This document shows positions 48,613-58,417 of a DNA stretch of 64,000 nucleotides, piece by piece. The notes beneath the pieces are model-generated. The model was not told the DNA's origin. It did no database searches and was given only the letters and a program-made list of their open reading frames with translations. The first letter of the stretch is position 1, and each line of letters begins with the position of its first letter. Position numbers and translations under genes: made by a program. This DNA is from Candidatus Zambryskiibacteriota bacterium. Its GTDB lineage: Bacteria; Patescibacteriota; Minisyncoccia; Phycocordibacterales; WO2-35-19. The DNA lies in contig JASNZL010000003.1 in NCBI GenBank assembly GCA_048499675.1, positions 16,241 through 80,240 on the forward strand. Reading direction: 5' to 3'.

Positions 48613-49647
48613 CTATTCTAACTCCGGCTTGTTTACACTTTCTGTATCTATTCCAATACTTTCACCTGTAATTCTCAAAACATCTTTATCTATTTTTGAT
48701 AATTCTTTTGAGCCGGTGTTGTAGTGATTTACAACTGTACCAAGGGAAGTGCCGAGTTTTTTGTAATACTCTTCGTATGATTTTATATGGCGTGATAGAT
48801 TTTCTACATTTTTTATAATATCTTTTGCCGTTTCCTCTATTTGCATCGCTTTGAGGCCCTGTAGGACTGTCTGGAGGTATGCCAAAAATGAGGTTGGGGA
48901 GACAATAATTACTTTATATTTACCTGCAGATCTTTGAATCAGATTTTCAGTATCTTCAGTCACCGCACCGATTTTGTTTATAAGCAAATCGTAATAAATC
49001 GCCTCGTGCGGTATAAACATAAAGGCGAAATCCATAGTTCCCTCGCTTGGTCTTATGTACTTAGCGGTTTCGGTGATACGAAGTTTCAAATCATTTACAA
49101 AAAGTTTTTCCAGTCTGTCTTTTTCAGACGGATCTTTGGCTTCAGTCAGACGATTATAATTTTCAAGAGAAAACTTGGAATCAATCGGAATTATTTTATC
49201 TTTGACGAAAACTACTGCGTCCACAATCTCCCCATTTTGGAAAGCGTATTGCATTTGATATTGAGCTGGCGCTAAAACATTTTTGAGTAATGTCTCCAAA
49301 TAATATTCCCCCAAAATCCCCCGTTGTTTCGGATTTTTTAAAATATCTTGGAGGTTTTGAAGCTGGTCAGCAAATGATACTACTTGTTTATTGGTTTCGT
49401 CGAGTTTAGTCAAACCTTCTGTAACGTCTCGTATGAGCTTTGCTGATTCACCAAGCTGAGTTCTTACCGATTCACTCATTTGTTTGCTACTTTCACCTAT
49501 TTTAGCATCTACTGTCCGATTGAGTTCATTAATCTGCTGAAGAATGAGTTTTAGCCCAGTATCATCAGTATTCTGTTTTGGTCTTAGCAAATACACCAAA
49601 ATCCCACCAACAACAAGCCCAATTAAAATATAAAGCATAGTATCCAT
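48613..49647 (-). CDS. rmuC: DNA recombination protein RmuC
   Basis: N-terminal TM helix, long coiled-coil, and the C-terminal RmuC nuclease-like domain (FAFMFIPHEAIYYDL...IIVSPTSFLAYLQTV). Confidence 0.85.
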   Translation of the reverse strand: MDTMLYILIGLVVGGILVYLLRPKQNTDDTGLKLILQQINELNRTVDAKIGESSKQMSESVRTQLGESAKLIRDVTEGLTKLDETNKQVVSFADQLQNLQDILKNPKQRGILGEYYLETLLKNVLAPAQYQMQYAFQNGEIVDAVVFVKDKIIPIDSKFSLENYNRLTEAKDPSEKDRLEKLFVNDLKLRITETAKYIRPSEGTMDFAFMFIPHEAIYYDLLINKIGAVTEDTENLIQRSAGKYKVIIVSPTSFLAYLQTVLQGLKAMQIEETAKDIIKNVENLSRHIKSYEEYYKKLGTSLGTVVNHYNTGSKELSKIDKDVLRITGESIGIDTESVNKPELE

Positions 49648-49791
49648 ATCTTCATTATACTAAGAATCTAAGAAATGTGGTAATATGATGGAAATTAAAA
49701 ATTCACCCTGTGAAATACAAACAAATTTTGTACACGCTTCGCGCGATTTCACAGGGTTAAAATTAAAAATTAAAAATTTAGGATAATTACC

Positions 49792-50268
49792 ATGGATTTA
49801 CATCAACAAATTCAAAACCAAATACCAGATGCAATGCGGACAAAGGATTCTGTAAGACTAACAACACTTCGTGGTGTTTTGTCTAGTTTTACAAATGAGG
49901 CAATGAATCTCGGTAAAAAACCCCAAGATAAACTTACAGATGAAGAAGCAATTGTAGTTATAAAAAGGTTGGTCAAACAAAGGAAGGATTCTATTGAACA
50001 ATTTAAGAAAGGTGGAAGGATGGACTTGGTAGAGAATGAAGAAGCTGAATTAAAAGTTTTGGAAGAATTTTTACCTGCTCAGATGTCGGAAGAAGAAATT
50101 AGAAAAATTGTAAGATTGAAGATTGAAGATTTAAAGATTAACTCCGACGCTGCGGTCGGAGCGATTAAGCCTAATATGGGCTTAATCGTAGGAGCGGTAA
50201 TGAAGGAAACTGGTGGCAACGCCGACGGCGCACTCGTTAAAAAAATAGTTGATGAAATTCTTTCATAA
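49792..50268 (+). CDS. GatB/YqeY domain protein
   Basis: MDLHQQIQNQIPDAMRTKDSVRLTTLRGVLS...EFLPAQMSEEEIRKIV, typical of YqeY. Confidence 0.8.
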   Translation: MDLHQQIQNQIPDAMRTKDSVRLTTLRGVLSSFTNEAMNLGKKPQDKLTDEEAIVVIKRLVKQRKDSIEQFKKGGRMDLVENEEAELKVLEEFLPAQMSEEEIRKIVRLKIEDLKINSDAAVGAIKPNMGLIVGAVMKETGGNADGALVKKIVDEILS

Positions 50269-50355
50269 ATTATTCTAATTTCTAATTACACTAATTAGCC
50301 TAAAAAATTCCCAATCAGATTAGAACAATTAGAGTACTCAGAATAATTAGGTTAA

Positions 50356-51492
50356 TTATTTAATCACCTTTGCTATCTTATCAGCCAAACCTTTTTCAAA
50401 AGGACTTGGGATTATTTTTTCTGTAGAAATTTTACCCGTAGCTTTTGCAAGCGCTTCCCCCGCTTTTATAAACATTTTATCATTAAACTGTTTAATTTTG
50501 TTTTGGAGAGCGCCTTTGAAAATCCCTGGGAAGGCGAGAGCATTGTTGACTTGATTTGGGAAATCACTTCTACCCGTAGCCACAATAAAAGCTCCTGCTT
50601 TTTTGGCTAAATCGGGCATTATCTCTGGTTCTGGGTTTGCAAGAGCGAATATTATTGGTTTAGGATTCATCATCCTTATCATTTTTTCTGTTAAAACTTT
50701 TGCTTTACTGACTCCAATAAAAATATCTCTGTTTTTTATAACTTCTTCCAAGTTACCTTTTATTTTTTCTTTGTTTGTCTCTTTTGCAATTTCTTGTTTT
50801 TCCTCATTCAAATCTTCTCTTCCTTCATAAATTGCACCTTTACTATCTAATACTATTATATTTTTAAATCCGTATATCAAAAGCAGATCAACAATAGCAA
50901 GTCCTGCCGAGCCAGCACCATTTACTAAAATTTTCACATCTTTCACTTTGCTTTTTCGGAGTTTTAATGAGTTTATAAGCCCCGCCAAAACCACGACCGC
51001 CGTGCCATGTTGATCATCATGCATTACAGGAATATCCAATTCCTTTCTCAATCTTTTTTCAATGTTGAAGCATCTGGGTGCACTTATGTCCTCCAAATTT
51101 ATTGCCCCAAAAACCGGAGAAATATTTTTGACGATTTCCACTATCTCATCTTCATTTTGAGTATTAAGACAAATCGGAAATGCATCTATGTCTGCAAATT
51201 TTTTGAAAAGTGCCGACTTGCCTTCCATTACAGGAATAGACGCATGAGCTCCTAAATTCCCCAAACCCAAAATCGCACTGCCATCACTTACCACTGCAAC
51301 CATATTACTTTTTGATGTATATTCAAAAACCTTCTTGGGATTTTTGGCAATCTGCCTACTTGCCTCTGCCACCCCCGGTGAATAAGCCAAAGACAAATCA
51401 TTTTTGTCTCTGAGAGGCACTTTTGAAACAACTGCTATCTTGCCCCTATGTTTTTTATGTAATTCGAGTGATTTTTTGTATACCTCTTTCAT
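50356..51492 (-). CDS. NAD(P)-dependent malic enzyme (short form)
   Basis: ACT-less 378-aa malic enzyme with LAYSPGVAE, DDQHGTAVVVLAGL, and the NAD-binding VNGAGSAGLAIVDLL. Confidence 0.85.
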   Translation of the reverse strand: MKEVYKKSLELHKKHRGKIAVVSKVPLRDKNDLSLAYSPGVAEASRQIAKNPKKVFEYTSKSNMVAVVSDGSAILGLGNLGAHASIPVMEGKSALFKKFADIDAFPICLNTQNEDEIVEIVKNISPVFGAINLEDISAPRCFNIEKRLRKELDIPVMHDDQHGTAVVVLAGLINSLKLRKSKVKDVKILVNGAGSAGLAIVDLLLIYGFKNIIVLDSKGAIYEGREDLNEEKQEIAKETNKEKIKGNLEEVIKNRDIFIGVSKAKVLTEKMIRMMNPKPIIFALANPEPEIMPDLAKKAGAFIVATGRSDFPNQVNNALAFPGIFKGALQNKIKQFNDKMFIKAGEALAKATGKISTEKIIPSPFEKGLADKIAKVIK

Positions 51493-51590
51493 ATTAGAAT
51501 AATTAGTTAATTAGAAATGAGATTAATTCACTTTACAAACTTTCTTGCTCACCTATTCGTTATGATTCGTGTAAATTAGTTTGATTAATA

Positions 51591-51690
51591 GGTTTTACTT
51601 TCTAACTTGCGCCTTTATGAACTTTTTAACTAATCCCCTTCGTACCTCGTACTTCGTAACTCGTACCTCGTTTTACAAATTCGTGTCCCG
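51591..51690 (+). repeat. Third, partial (about 100 bp, about 95% identity) copy of the heptamer-array element, in the same orientation as the 23952 copy
   Basis: ggttttactttctaacttgcgcctttatgaactttttaactaatcccc.tcgta.ctcgtacttcgtaactcgtacctcgtttt aligns to 24076-24160. Confidence 0.65.
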
Positions 51691-51691
51691 T

Positions 51692-52456
51692 CTACTTTTC
51701 ACTTCCTATTATATCAAACTCGCCGACTTTTGTTCTTTTGATTGAAAGGACTACCGCACCCACTCCTAGAGTGTTGCCCATATCGTTTACCAAGCTCCTT
51801 ATATACGTCCCACTTGATACTTTTGCTCTCCATCTGGCAAGCAAAATAGGGTGATTATACGAATCAAGAAGTTTTTTCCATAGAACCAAAATTTCGTGCT
51901 GTCTAAAATCACCTTTGACTTTTGAAATATCCATAAGTAGACGACCAAAAAATTCTTTTGAAGATAGGGGAGTGAGTCCTTCAAATTTTAGATCATAAAT
52001 TTCTATATCATTTGTCGGTAAATCATCTTCATCCAATACACCTTGCCTTGCTAGCTCGTGAAGTTGTTTTTTGTTGCCTCCTTTTGAAATAGTTTTAGAA
52101 GAATAAAATGGATACTTCTGTTCCCTTTTGCCTTTGTAAATTTCTGCGAGTTTTATTAGTTCTAATTCGTTTATATTCTCTACTTTTTCTACTCTTACAA
52201 TCTTTCCCATAACATCAAATGTATCAGTAGCAAATCCAAATACAGAAATAAACTCATACTCCTTGTCCAAATTCAAAAACTCCTCTTTTCTGTGCACATC
52301 CTCGCCACTTGCTACCAAAAGAACCCCTTCGGCCAAAGGATCAAGCCGTCCGAGGTATGTAAATTTTTCATTTTTAAGCTCTATGTGCGCGTCTCTGTAT
52401 CTCTGAATACATTCAAGCGGTGTTTCGCCTCTATTTTTATATAAATTTAGAATCAT
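51692..52456 (-). CDS. truB: tRNA pseudouridine synthase, TruB-like
   Basis: YLGRLDPLAEGVLLVASGE (the catalytic Asp motif of the TruB family). 254 aa without a PUA extension. Confidence 0.6.
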   Translation of the reverse strand: MILNLYKNRGETPLECIQRYRDAHIELKNEKFTYLGRLDPLAEGVLLVASGEDVHRKEEFLNLDKEYEFISVFGFATDTFDVMGKIVRVEKVENINELELIKLAEIYKGKREQKYPFYSSKTISKGGNKKQLHELARQGVLDEDDLPTNDIEIYDLKFEGLTPLSSKEFFGRLLMDISKVKGDFRQHEILVLWKKLLDSYNHPILLARWRAKVSSGTYIRSLVNDMGNTLGVGAVVLSIKRTKVGEFDIIGSEK

Positions 52457-52516
52457 CTTATTTTAAGGCATATTTTACTACACACTCCCACAGAAAGCAA
52501 AAACTCTACAAACCAC

Positions 52517-52544
52517 TTGACAATTTCTCTAAATTTGCTATAAT
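52517..52544 (+). promoter_or_regulatory. Consensus sigma70 promoter TTGACA-16 nt-TATAAT
   Basis: -35 at 52517-52522 and -10 at 52539-52544, both perfect hexamers. The TSS is predicted near 52552. Confidence 0.5.
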
Positions 52545-52551
52545 TAGTACA

Positions 52552-52886
52552 GATATACTGGAGGGAAATATTGTCTGGCTATTTACCCTTGCGGTATTTC
52601 TCTGGCCCAAAAGCCAGTGTGTGTTCCAGACCGGATGGAGAGATGTTCCTTGGATCTCTTATGCATCCGCAATCACAGGGATAGGCTACTTAAACGCAAA
52701 CCCGGTAATTAGGTAGCCGAAAACGACCGGTAAGGCGAACCCCCGTAGGGATAAGAACCTGCGCAGAAAACGCCGACATGTCCCCACACTTCCGGCTTAT
52801 GTGGGATAAGACATTTGAAAGCCGTCGGGCCCGCTTCGTCTTCACTCGTATTGAGTTGAGATGAGAAAAGCGGGCCCTTTCGTTTG
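52552..52886 (+). ncRNA. Candidate about 335-nt GC-rich structured RNA gene bracketed by a consensus promoter and an intrinsic terminator. Identity unresolved; weak RNase P RNA-like features, not established
   Basis: No credible ORF. GC-rich. Hairpins ctggc-ccaaaag-gccag and ggctac...gtagcc. An ACACUUCCGGCUUAU segment resembles the RNase P P4 3' strand and could pair with the upstream AGACCGGA. The terminator is gggcccgctt...aagcgggccc plus tttcgttt at 52827-52886. Confidence 0.45.
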
Positions 52887-53051
52887 TATAATTATTTCCC
52901 TGTCTTTCTTCTACTTCCCGCAAACCTTTCCCCATTAGTAAGATTCGCGAACATTAGTAATTAGTGGGTTATCTATTTCGAGACCCCGTAAAAAGTTGCG
53001 TTCGAAATCCAACTTAACGAGTCCTAAGGAAAATATATTCATTTACATTTA

Positions 53052-55673
53052 TTATTTTCCTAAGACCTTCTTCAAATATTTACCTGTATAAGAATTTTTA
53101 TTGTTTGCAACTTCCTCCGGTGTTCCTTTTGCAACAATTTTTCCTCCGCCCACTCCTCCTTCAGGACCAATATCAATAATATAGTCGGAAGATTTTATGA
53201 TATCCATATTATGCTCAATTACTAAGACAGTATTTCCTTTGTCCACCAGTTTTTGCAAAATACCGATCAATCTTTTTACATCATCATAATGAAGTCCTAT
53301 TGTTGGTTCATCTAAAATGTAAATGGTTTTTTGAATATGAGGTCTGTATAGTTCACTTGAGATTTTTACCCTTTGCGCTTCACCTCCAGAGAGTGTTGTT
53401 GCAGATTGTCCGAGTTCCAAGTATCCCAAACCTACATCATTGAGTGTTTTTATTCTGTCGTGAATTGCAGGAATATCTTCAAAAAATGTAAGTGCTTCTT
53501 CTACGGTCATTTTGAGTATTTCGTATATATTTTTCTTTTTGAATTTGACTTCAAGAGTTTCTTTCATAAATCTCTTGCCACCACACACATCACAAGGGAC
53601 ATAAACCGTTGGTAAAAAGTGCATCTCTACAGCAATCATTCCATTACCTTCACATGTCTCACATCTACCTCCAGCTCGGTTGAACGAAAATCGTCCGGGT
53701 CCCCACCCTCTCACTCTAGCTTCACTTGTTTCTGCAAACATATCTCTAATATGTGTCCAAGCACCGGTGTAAGTTGCCGGATTTGACCTTGGTGTTCTAC
53801 CTATAGGTGATTGGTCTATTAGAATACTTCGTCCTAAATATTCACTACCTTTGAAAGATGCACAGCTGAATGTTTCGTTACTCCTATATTTTCTTTCAAA
53901 TCTTGCTTGCAAATTTTTGTATAAAATTTCATAAACAAGCGAAGATTTTCCGCTTCCGGAAACTCCCGTCACACAGACGAGACGGCCGAGCGGAATATCC
54001 ACATCCATATTTTTTATGTTGAATATATTTCCATTTCTTATTTGGATTTTGCCTTTGTCTTGATCCCGCCTTTCATCTGGTATTTCAATATAATCCTCTC
54101 CACGCAAATATGAAAGCGTTCTTGAATTAGAATCATTTTTCTTTGCAGTTAACAAATCATCTAAATATCCACTTACTACAATTTCCCCCCCGTGTACTCC
54201 AGCACCCGGACCAATATCTACAATATAATCGGAAGCAAAAATCGTATCTTCGTCGTGTTCTACAATCAAAATAGTATTTCCCAGATCTCTAAGCTCAAGC
54301 AGTGTTTTAATCAATCTATCATTATCTCGCGAATGGAGACCTATTGTTGGCTCATCTAAAACATAAAGAGCGCCGACAAGACCACTTCCTAGTTGGCTTG
54401 CCAAACGAATTCTTTGAGCCTCGCCACCCGAGAGAGTATGTGCCCTTCTGTTTAACGAAAGATACTCAATACCCACGTTTAACATAAATCGTAATCGTGA
54501 TTCTATTTCTCTAATTACCACTTTTGAAATATTCTTTTCTCTTTCAGTTAGTTTTGTATTATCTAAAAACTCAAAGGCGTCCTGTATAGACATATTTACA
54601 AAATCAACAATATTTTTACCTCCAACAAGAACATGTAGCGCCTCCGGTCTCAACCTTGCACCATTACAAACTGGACAAACTTCGTCTCCAAAGAAGTGTT
54701 TTGTACCGAGCCCATTACATTCAGGACAAGCGCCATAAGGTGAGTTAAAAGAAAATAATCTTGGTTCAATTTCAGGATAAGAATACCCATCCTTAGGACA
54801 AGCAAACTTATTTGAAATTATGGCTCTATCACTTTGGTTATCCTTATTGTCTTTGGATTTTTTGACATCTTGGTTCAAGTCCCTAAATGAAAATTCCAAA
54901 AGTCCTTCTGCCTCATCTAGCGCTTTTTCTAAAGATTCACTCAACCTTTCCTCGGCATCTTTTTTATTTTCTACAAAATCTTTTATATTAATAGAATCAA
55001 CTTAGAAGTATGCTAATATCGTGCCTTTTATTTTTTGATAGCTCTATTCTTTCTCTTAAACTCTGTCTTTTGTTGTCTATGATTAGCACTATATCCTTTG
55101 CCAAACATATCGTAGAGAGAAGTTGGTAATATTCCCCTTTTCTACACACTCTCACAACCAGCGCAAACAATTCTAGATATACCGGAAAATCAGGTACACA
55201 CTATTTTTACGACCGTAAGAATAGTGTAATTTCTAGGATTAGGTTTTTTTATTTCATTATTTGATAGTTTTGAATTTCATCTCCACAAAGCCAAGCAATG
55301 AGGTCTAAAACCAATTCTGGGAATATATAAAACACGTAGGTAAGTCATATATTTCTGTAATAGTTGCCACTGTCGAGCGTGGATTGTTTGAGCGGGATTT
55401 TTTGATCGATTATTGCGGGAGAAGGCCAATCTCGTCCACATCTGGCTTCTGCATCTGTCTCAAGAATTGGCGGGCATAAGACGAGAGTGATTCTATGTAT
55501 CGTCTTTGTCCTTCTGCAAAAATAGTATCAAACGCCAAAGAAGACTTGCCACTTCCGGAAAGTCCTGTAAAAGCTATCATTTTGTTGCGAGGCATCTCTA
55601 CGGTAATATTCTTCAGGTTGTGAGTCCTAGCCCCTCTCACTATTAATAAATCTTCTTTGCTTTCTTTTTTCAT
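53052..55673 (-). pseudogene. uvrA: Excinuclease ABC subunit A, disrupted: intact N-terminal 87 codons and C-terminal about 630 codons, separated by about 460 bp carrying an in-frame TAA and at least three frameshifts
   Basis: 55410-55673 encodes the UvrA N-terminus with Walker [10 protein letters not shown]. Three frames of 55005-55410 read SIKKSRSNNPRSTVATITEIYD / YLRVLYIPRIGFRPHC / ...IVLIIDNKRQSLRERIELS. These align with UvrA residues about 90-250 but are interrupted. 53052-55000 encodes an intact zinc finger, signature II and ATPase II. Confidence 0.75.
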
Positions 55674-55811
55674 ATGCGAAGTAACGAATAGATTAACGAA
55701 TGACTACGAATAAAAATCAAAACCCACCCGTGGTTTGCCCATAGGGTGATACTGTAATAAGAACATTATAACACAAAATACGTAAATATAACAAAGCGCC
55801 CCAAGTCCATA

Positions 55812-56039
55812 CTACACGGACTCGGGGTCACAAGGAATCGCAACGAGTGCGTTTGATATATGGAGTGGTATCTCCTCTGAATAACAAATGATAACTACTT
55901 TTTTTCCACCTCTTATTGTTCTACCAATTTCCCTATATCTACCTTTGCCACCATTTCGAAAACATATGTCAATACTATTGTTTTCGATTTCTTGTGTGGG
56001 TAAGTTAAAAAACCCACCACCATAAACCTGGACTATCAT
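55812..56039 (-). CDS. Hypothetical small protein between uvrA and uvrB
   Basis: 75-aa ORF with its own downstream hairpin terminator (ccccaagtccatactacacggactcgggg at 55799-55828 plus a T-rich tail). Confidence 0.3.
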   Translation of the reverse strand: MIVQVYGGGFFNLPTQEIENNSIDICFRNGGKGRYREIGRTIRGGKKVVIICYSEEIPLHISNALVAIPCDPESV

Positions 56040-56116
56040 AAAAAAATCCTCCTATATTTATTATATATCCTAATTATTATTTTTTTTGAATAATGTTGAT
56101 AACTACCTTGCAAGCA

Positions 56117-56163
56117 TTTTCTCCAACTCCTTAATCTCGTCTCGTAAAATAGCCGCTGTTTCG
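56117..56163 (-). repeat. 47-bp duplicate of the uvrB 3' coding end (3 mismatches) lying about 75 bp downstream of uvrB
   Basis: ttttctccaactccttaatctcgtctcgtaaaatagccgctgtttcg against 56237-56282 inside uvrB. Confidence 0.55.
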
Positions 56164-56221
56164 CCCCAGAAGTACAACAAGTTGACTACAGGACTTCGAC
56201 TCGTTTTTACATATCTTGATT

Positions 56222-58258
56222 TTACTTACTTAATATTTTCTCCAACTCCTTAATCTCATCTCGTAAAATAGCCGCCGTCTCGAAATCCAAAATTTTGACT
56301 GAGGCGTTCATTTGTTTTTCTTTTTGTTTTATAAGTTTAGAAATATTTTTTACTCCTTTTATATCAATAGAAAGCAGAGTACTTACGGCTTTCTTGTGTT
56401 CTCTCTGTAATTGTTCGGTTATATCTTTTATTTCTTTTTTAATTGTTTTTGGAGTGATGCCGTGTTTTTTGTTATATTCTATTTGTATATTTCTCCTTCT
56501 GTTAGTTTCGTTTATGGCTCGCTCCATTGAACCAGTCATTTTATCAGCATAAAGAATAACTCTGCCATCTATATTTCTAGCAGCCCTTCCTATTATTTGT
56601 ATTAATGAGGTCTCACTTCGTAGAAACCCTTCTTTATCAGCATCAAATATTCCAATGAGAGTGACTTCTGGCAAATCAAGACCTTCTCTAAGTAAGTTTA
56701 CACCAACCAAAATATCAAACTCTCCTTTTCTAAATCTGGTAAGAATCTCGATCCTTTCTATTGTTTTGATGTCGCTGTGAAGATATTCAGCTTTAATTTT
56801 CTTTCCTTTACCTAAACCACTTTTTGTTTCTTTGAGATACTCTGATAAATCCTCTGCCATCTTTTTTGTAAGTGTCGTCGCTATCACTCTACCACCCTTG
56901 TTTACATCTTTAAGTGCTTCTTCTATAAAATCCTTGATTTGTCCTTTATAGTTTTTGCTAGCTATTATTGGTTTTATGGAAACCACCGGATCAATAAGGC
57001 CTGTCGGTCTTATAACTTGTTCTACAACCTGCTCCGATTTTTCCTTCTCATATTTGGCTGGTGTAGCTGTTGTATATATGACCTGACCAACTCTTTTTTC
57101 GAACTCATCAAATTTGAGTGGCCTATTATCTTTTGCGCTCGGTAATCTAAAACCATGTTCGACTAGGGTATTCTTTCTTGATGCATCTCCTGCAAACATT
57201 CCACCAATTTGAGGGATGGTCACGTGTGATTCGTCGATTACTGTTAGAAAATCTGGTTTACCATCTTTTGTTTTTGGAAAGTATGAAAGAAGAGTTGAGG
57301 CCGGCTCCCCTGCTTTGCGTCCATCAAAATTACGAGAATAATTTTCTATACCATTACAATACCCAACTTCTTTTATCATTGCGAGATCATAGCTCGTTCT
57401 TCTTTTTATTCTATCTGCTTCTAACAACTTACCCTCTTTTTGAAATTTTTTTATTTGTTCTTTTAACTCTTTTTTTATTTCTTTGATTGCTCTATTTTTG
57501 TCTTCTTCTGCGGTAATAAAATGTTTTGCAGGGAAAAGATAAAATACTTCTATTTCTTCTATAACCTCTCTTGTTATTGAATCAATCTTTTTTATGTTGT
57601 TTATTCCTCCATCTAAAATTTCAATTCTAAAAATCACTTTTTCAGAAACTGGCATTATTTCCACAACATTACCAATTGCTCTAAATGTGCCCGGGGTCAA
57701 ATCAGCGTTTGTTCTTTCATAATGAATATGAATCAGCTGTTTTAAAAAATCATTTCTTAAAAATTTTCCACCCTTTTCGATTTTCATATTTACTTTTTCA
57801 TATTCGTCAGGTGAACCGAGTCCATAAATACAGGAAACTGAAGCAACAATAATTACATCTTTTCTTGTGAGAAGCGCTTGAGTTGAAGCGTGGCGGAGTC
57901 TTTCTATTTCCTCGTTAATCATTGCCTCCTTTTCGATATAAGTATCAGTGATTGGCATATATGCTTCGGGCTGATAAAAATCGTAGTAAGAAACAAAATA
58001 ATGCACCGCATTGTCGGGGAAAAATTCTTTGTACTCTTGAGCAAGTTGAGCAGCGAGAGTTTTGTTGTGTGCTATTACAAGTGTTGGTTTGCCAATTTTT
58101 TCTATAACATTTGCCACGGTAAAGGTTTTACCACTTCCTGTTACACCCAAAAGAGTCTGGTGGTTCAAACCTTTTTTGATACCCGAAACAAGCGCCTCAA
58201 TCGCCTTCGGTTGGTCTCCTGCCGGAGCAAATTTACTTTTTAGTTTAAATGTATTCAT
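56222..58258 (-). CDS. uvrB: Excinuclease ABC subunit B
   Basis: 678 aa with Walker A GVTGSGKTFT, helicase motifs, the beta-hairpin region and the C-terminal UVR domain (AAILRDEIKELEK). Confidence 0.95.
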   Translation of the reverse strand: MNTFKLKSKFAPAGDQPKAIEALVSGIKKGLNHQTLLGVTGSGKTFTVANVIEKIGKPTLVIAHNKTLAAQLAQEYKEFFPDNAVHYFVSYYDFYQPEAYMPITDTYIEKEAMINEEIERLRHASTQALLTRKDVIIVASVSCIYGLGSPDEYEKVNMKIEKGGKFLRNDFLKQLIHIHYERTNADLTPGTFRAIGNVVEIMPVSEKVIFRIEILDGGINNIKKIDSITREVIEEIEVFYLFPAKHFITAEEDKNRAIKEIKKELKEQIKKFQKEGKLLEADRIKRRTSYDLAMIKEVGYCNGIENYSRNFDGRKAGEPASTLLSYFPKTKDGKPDFLTVIDESHVTIPQIGGMFAGDASRKNTLVEHGFRLPSAKDNRPLKFDEFEKRVGQVIYTTATPAKYEKEKSEQVVEQVIRPTGLIDPVVSIKPIIASKNYKGQIKDFIEEALKDVNKGGRVIATTLTKKMAEDLSEYLKETKSGLGKGKKIKAEYLHSDIKTIERIEILTRFRKGEFDILVGVNLLREGLDLPEVTLIGIFDADKEGFLRSETSLIQIIGRAARNIDGRVILYADKMTGSMERAINETNRRRNIQIEYNKKHGITPKTIKKEIKDITEQLQREHKKAVSTLLSIDIKGVKNISKLIKQKEKQMNASVKILDFETAAILRDEIKELEKILSK

Positions 58259-58375
58259 AAATTAGGCAGACTTAATATGCCACTTCTCGCCCCGTGATGA
58301 GCCTGTCCCGTGAAGCTTTGCTTTTTACGGGACGGAGCGAATTAAATATTTTAAAAAGAGTAATAATTATAACAC

Positions 58376-58403
58376 AAAAATGGCGCGTACAGAAGCACGC
58401 GCC
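58376..58403 (-). terminator. Intrinsic terminator downstream of the 2OG-oxygenase-like gene
   Basis: ggcgcgt-acagaagc-acgcgcc hairpin with a T-run on the minus strand. Confidence 0.5.
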
Positions 58404-58417
58404 ATAGTTCCCCTAAG

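Noticed and set aside
55005-55410. An intein, intron or IS insertion splitting uvrA
   Set aside because: The gap is the right size for the missing UvrA residues. It still translates as UvrA in shifting frames. The lesion is therefore in situ decay or errors, not an insertion.
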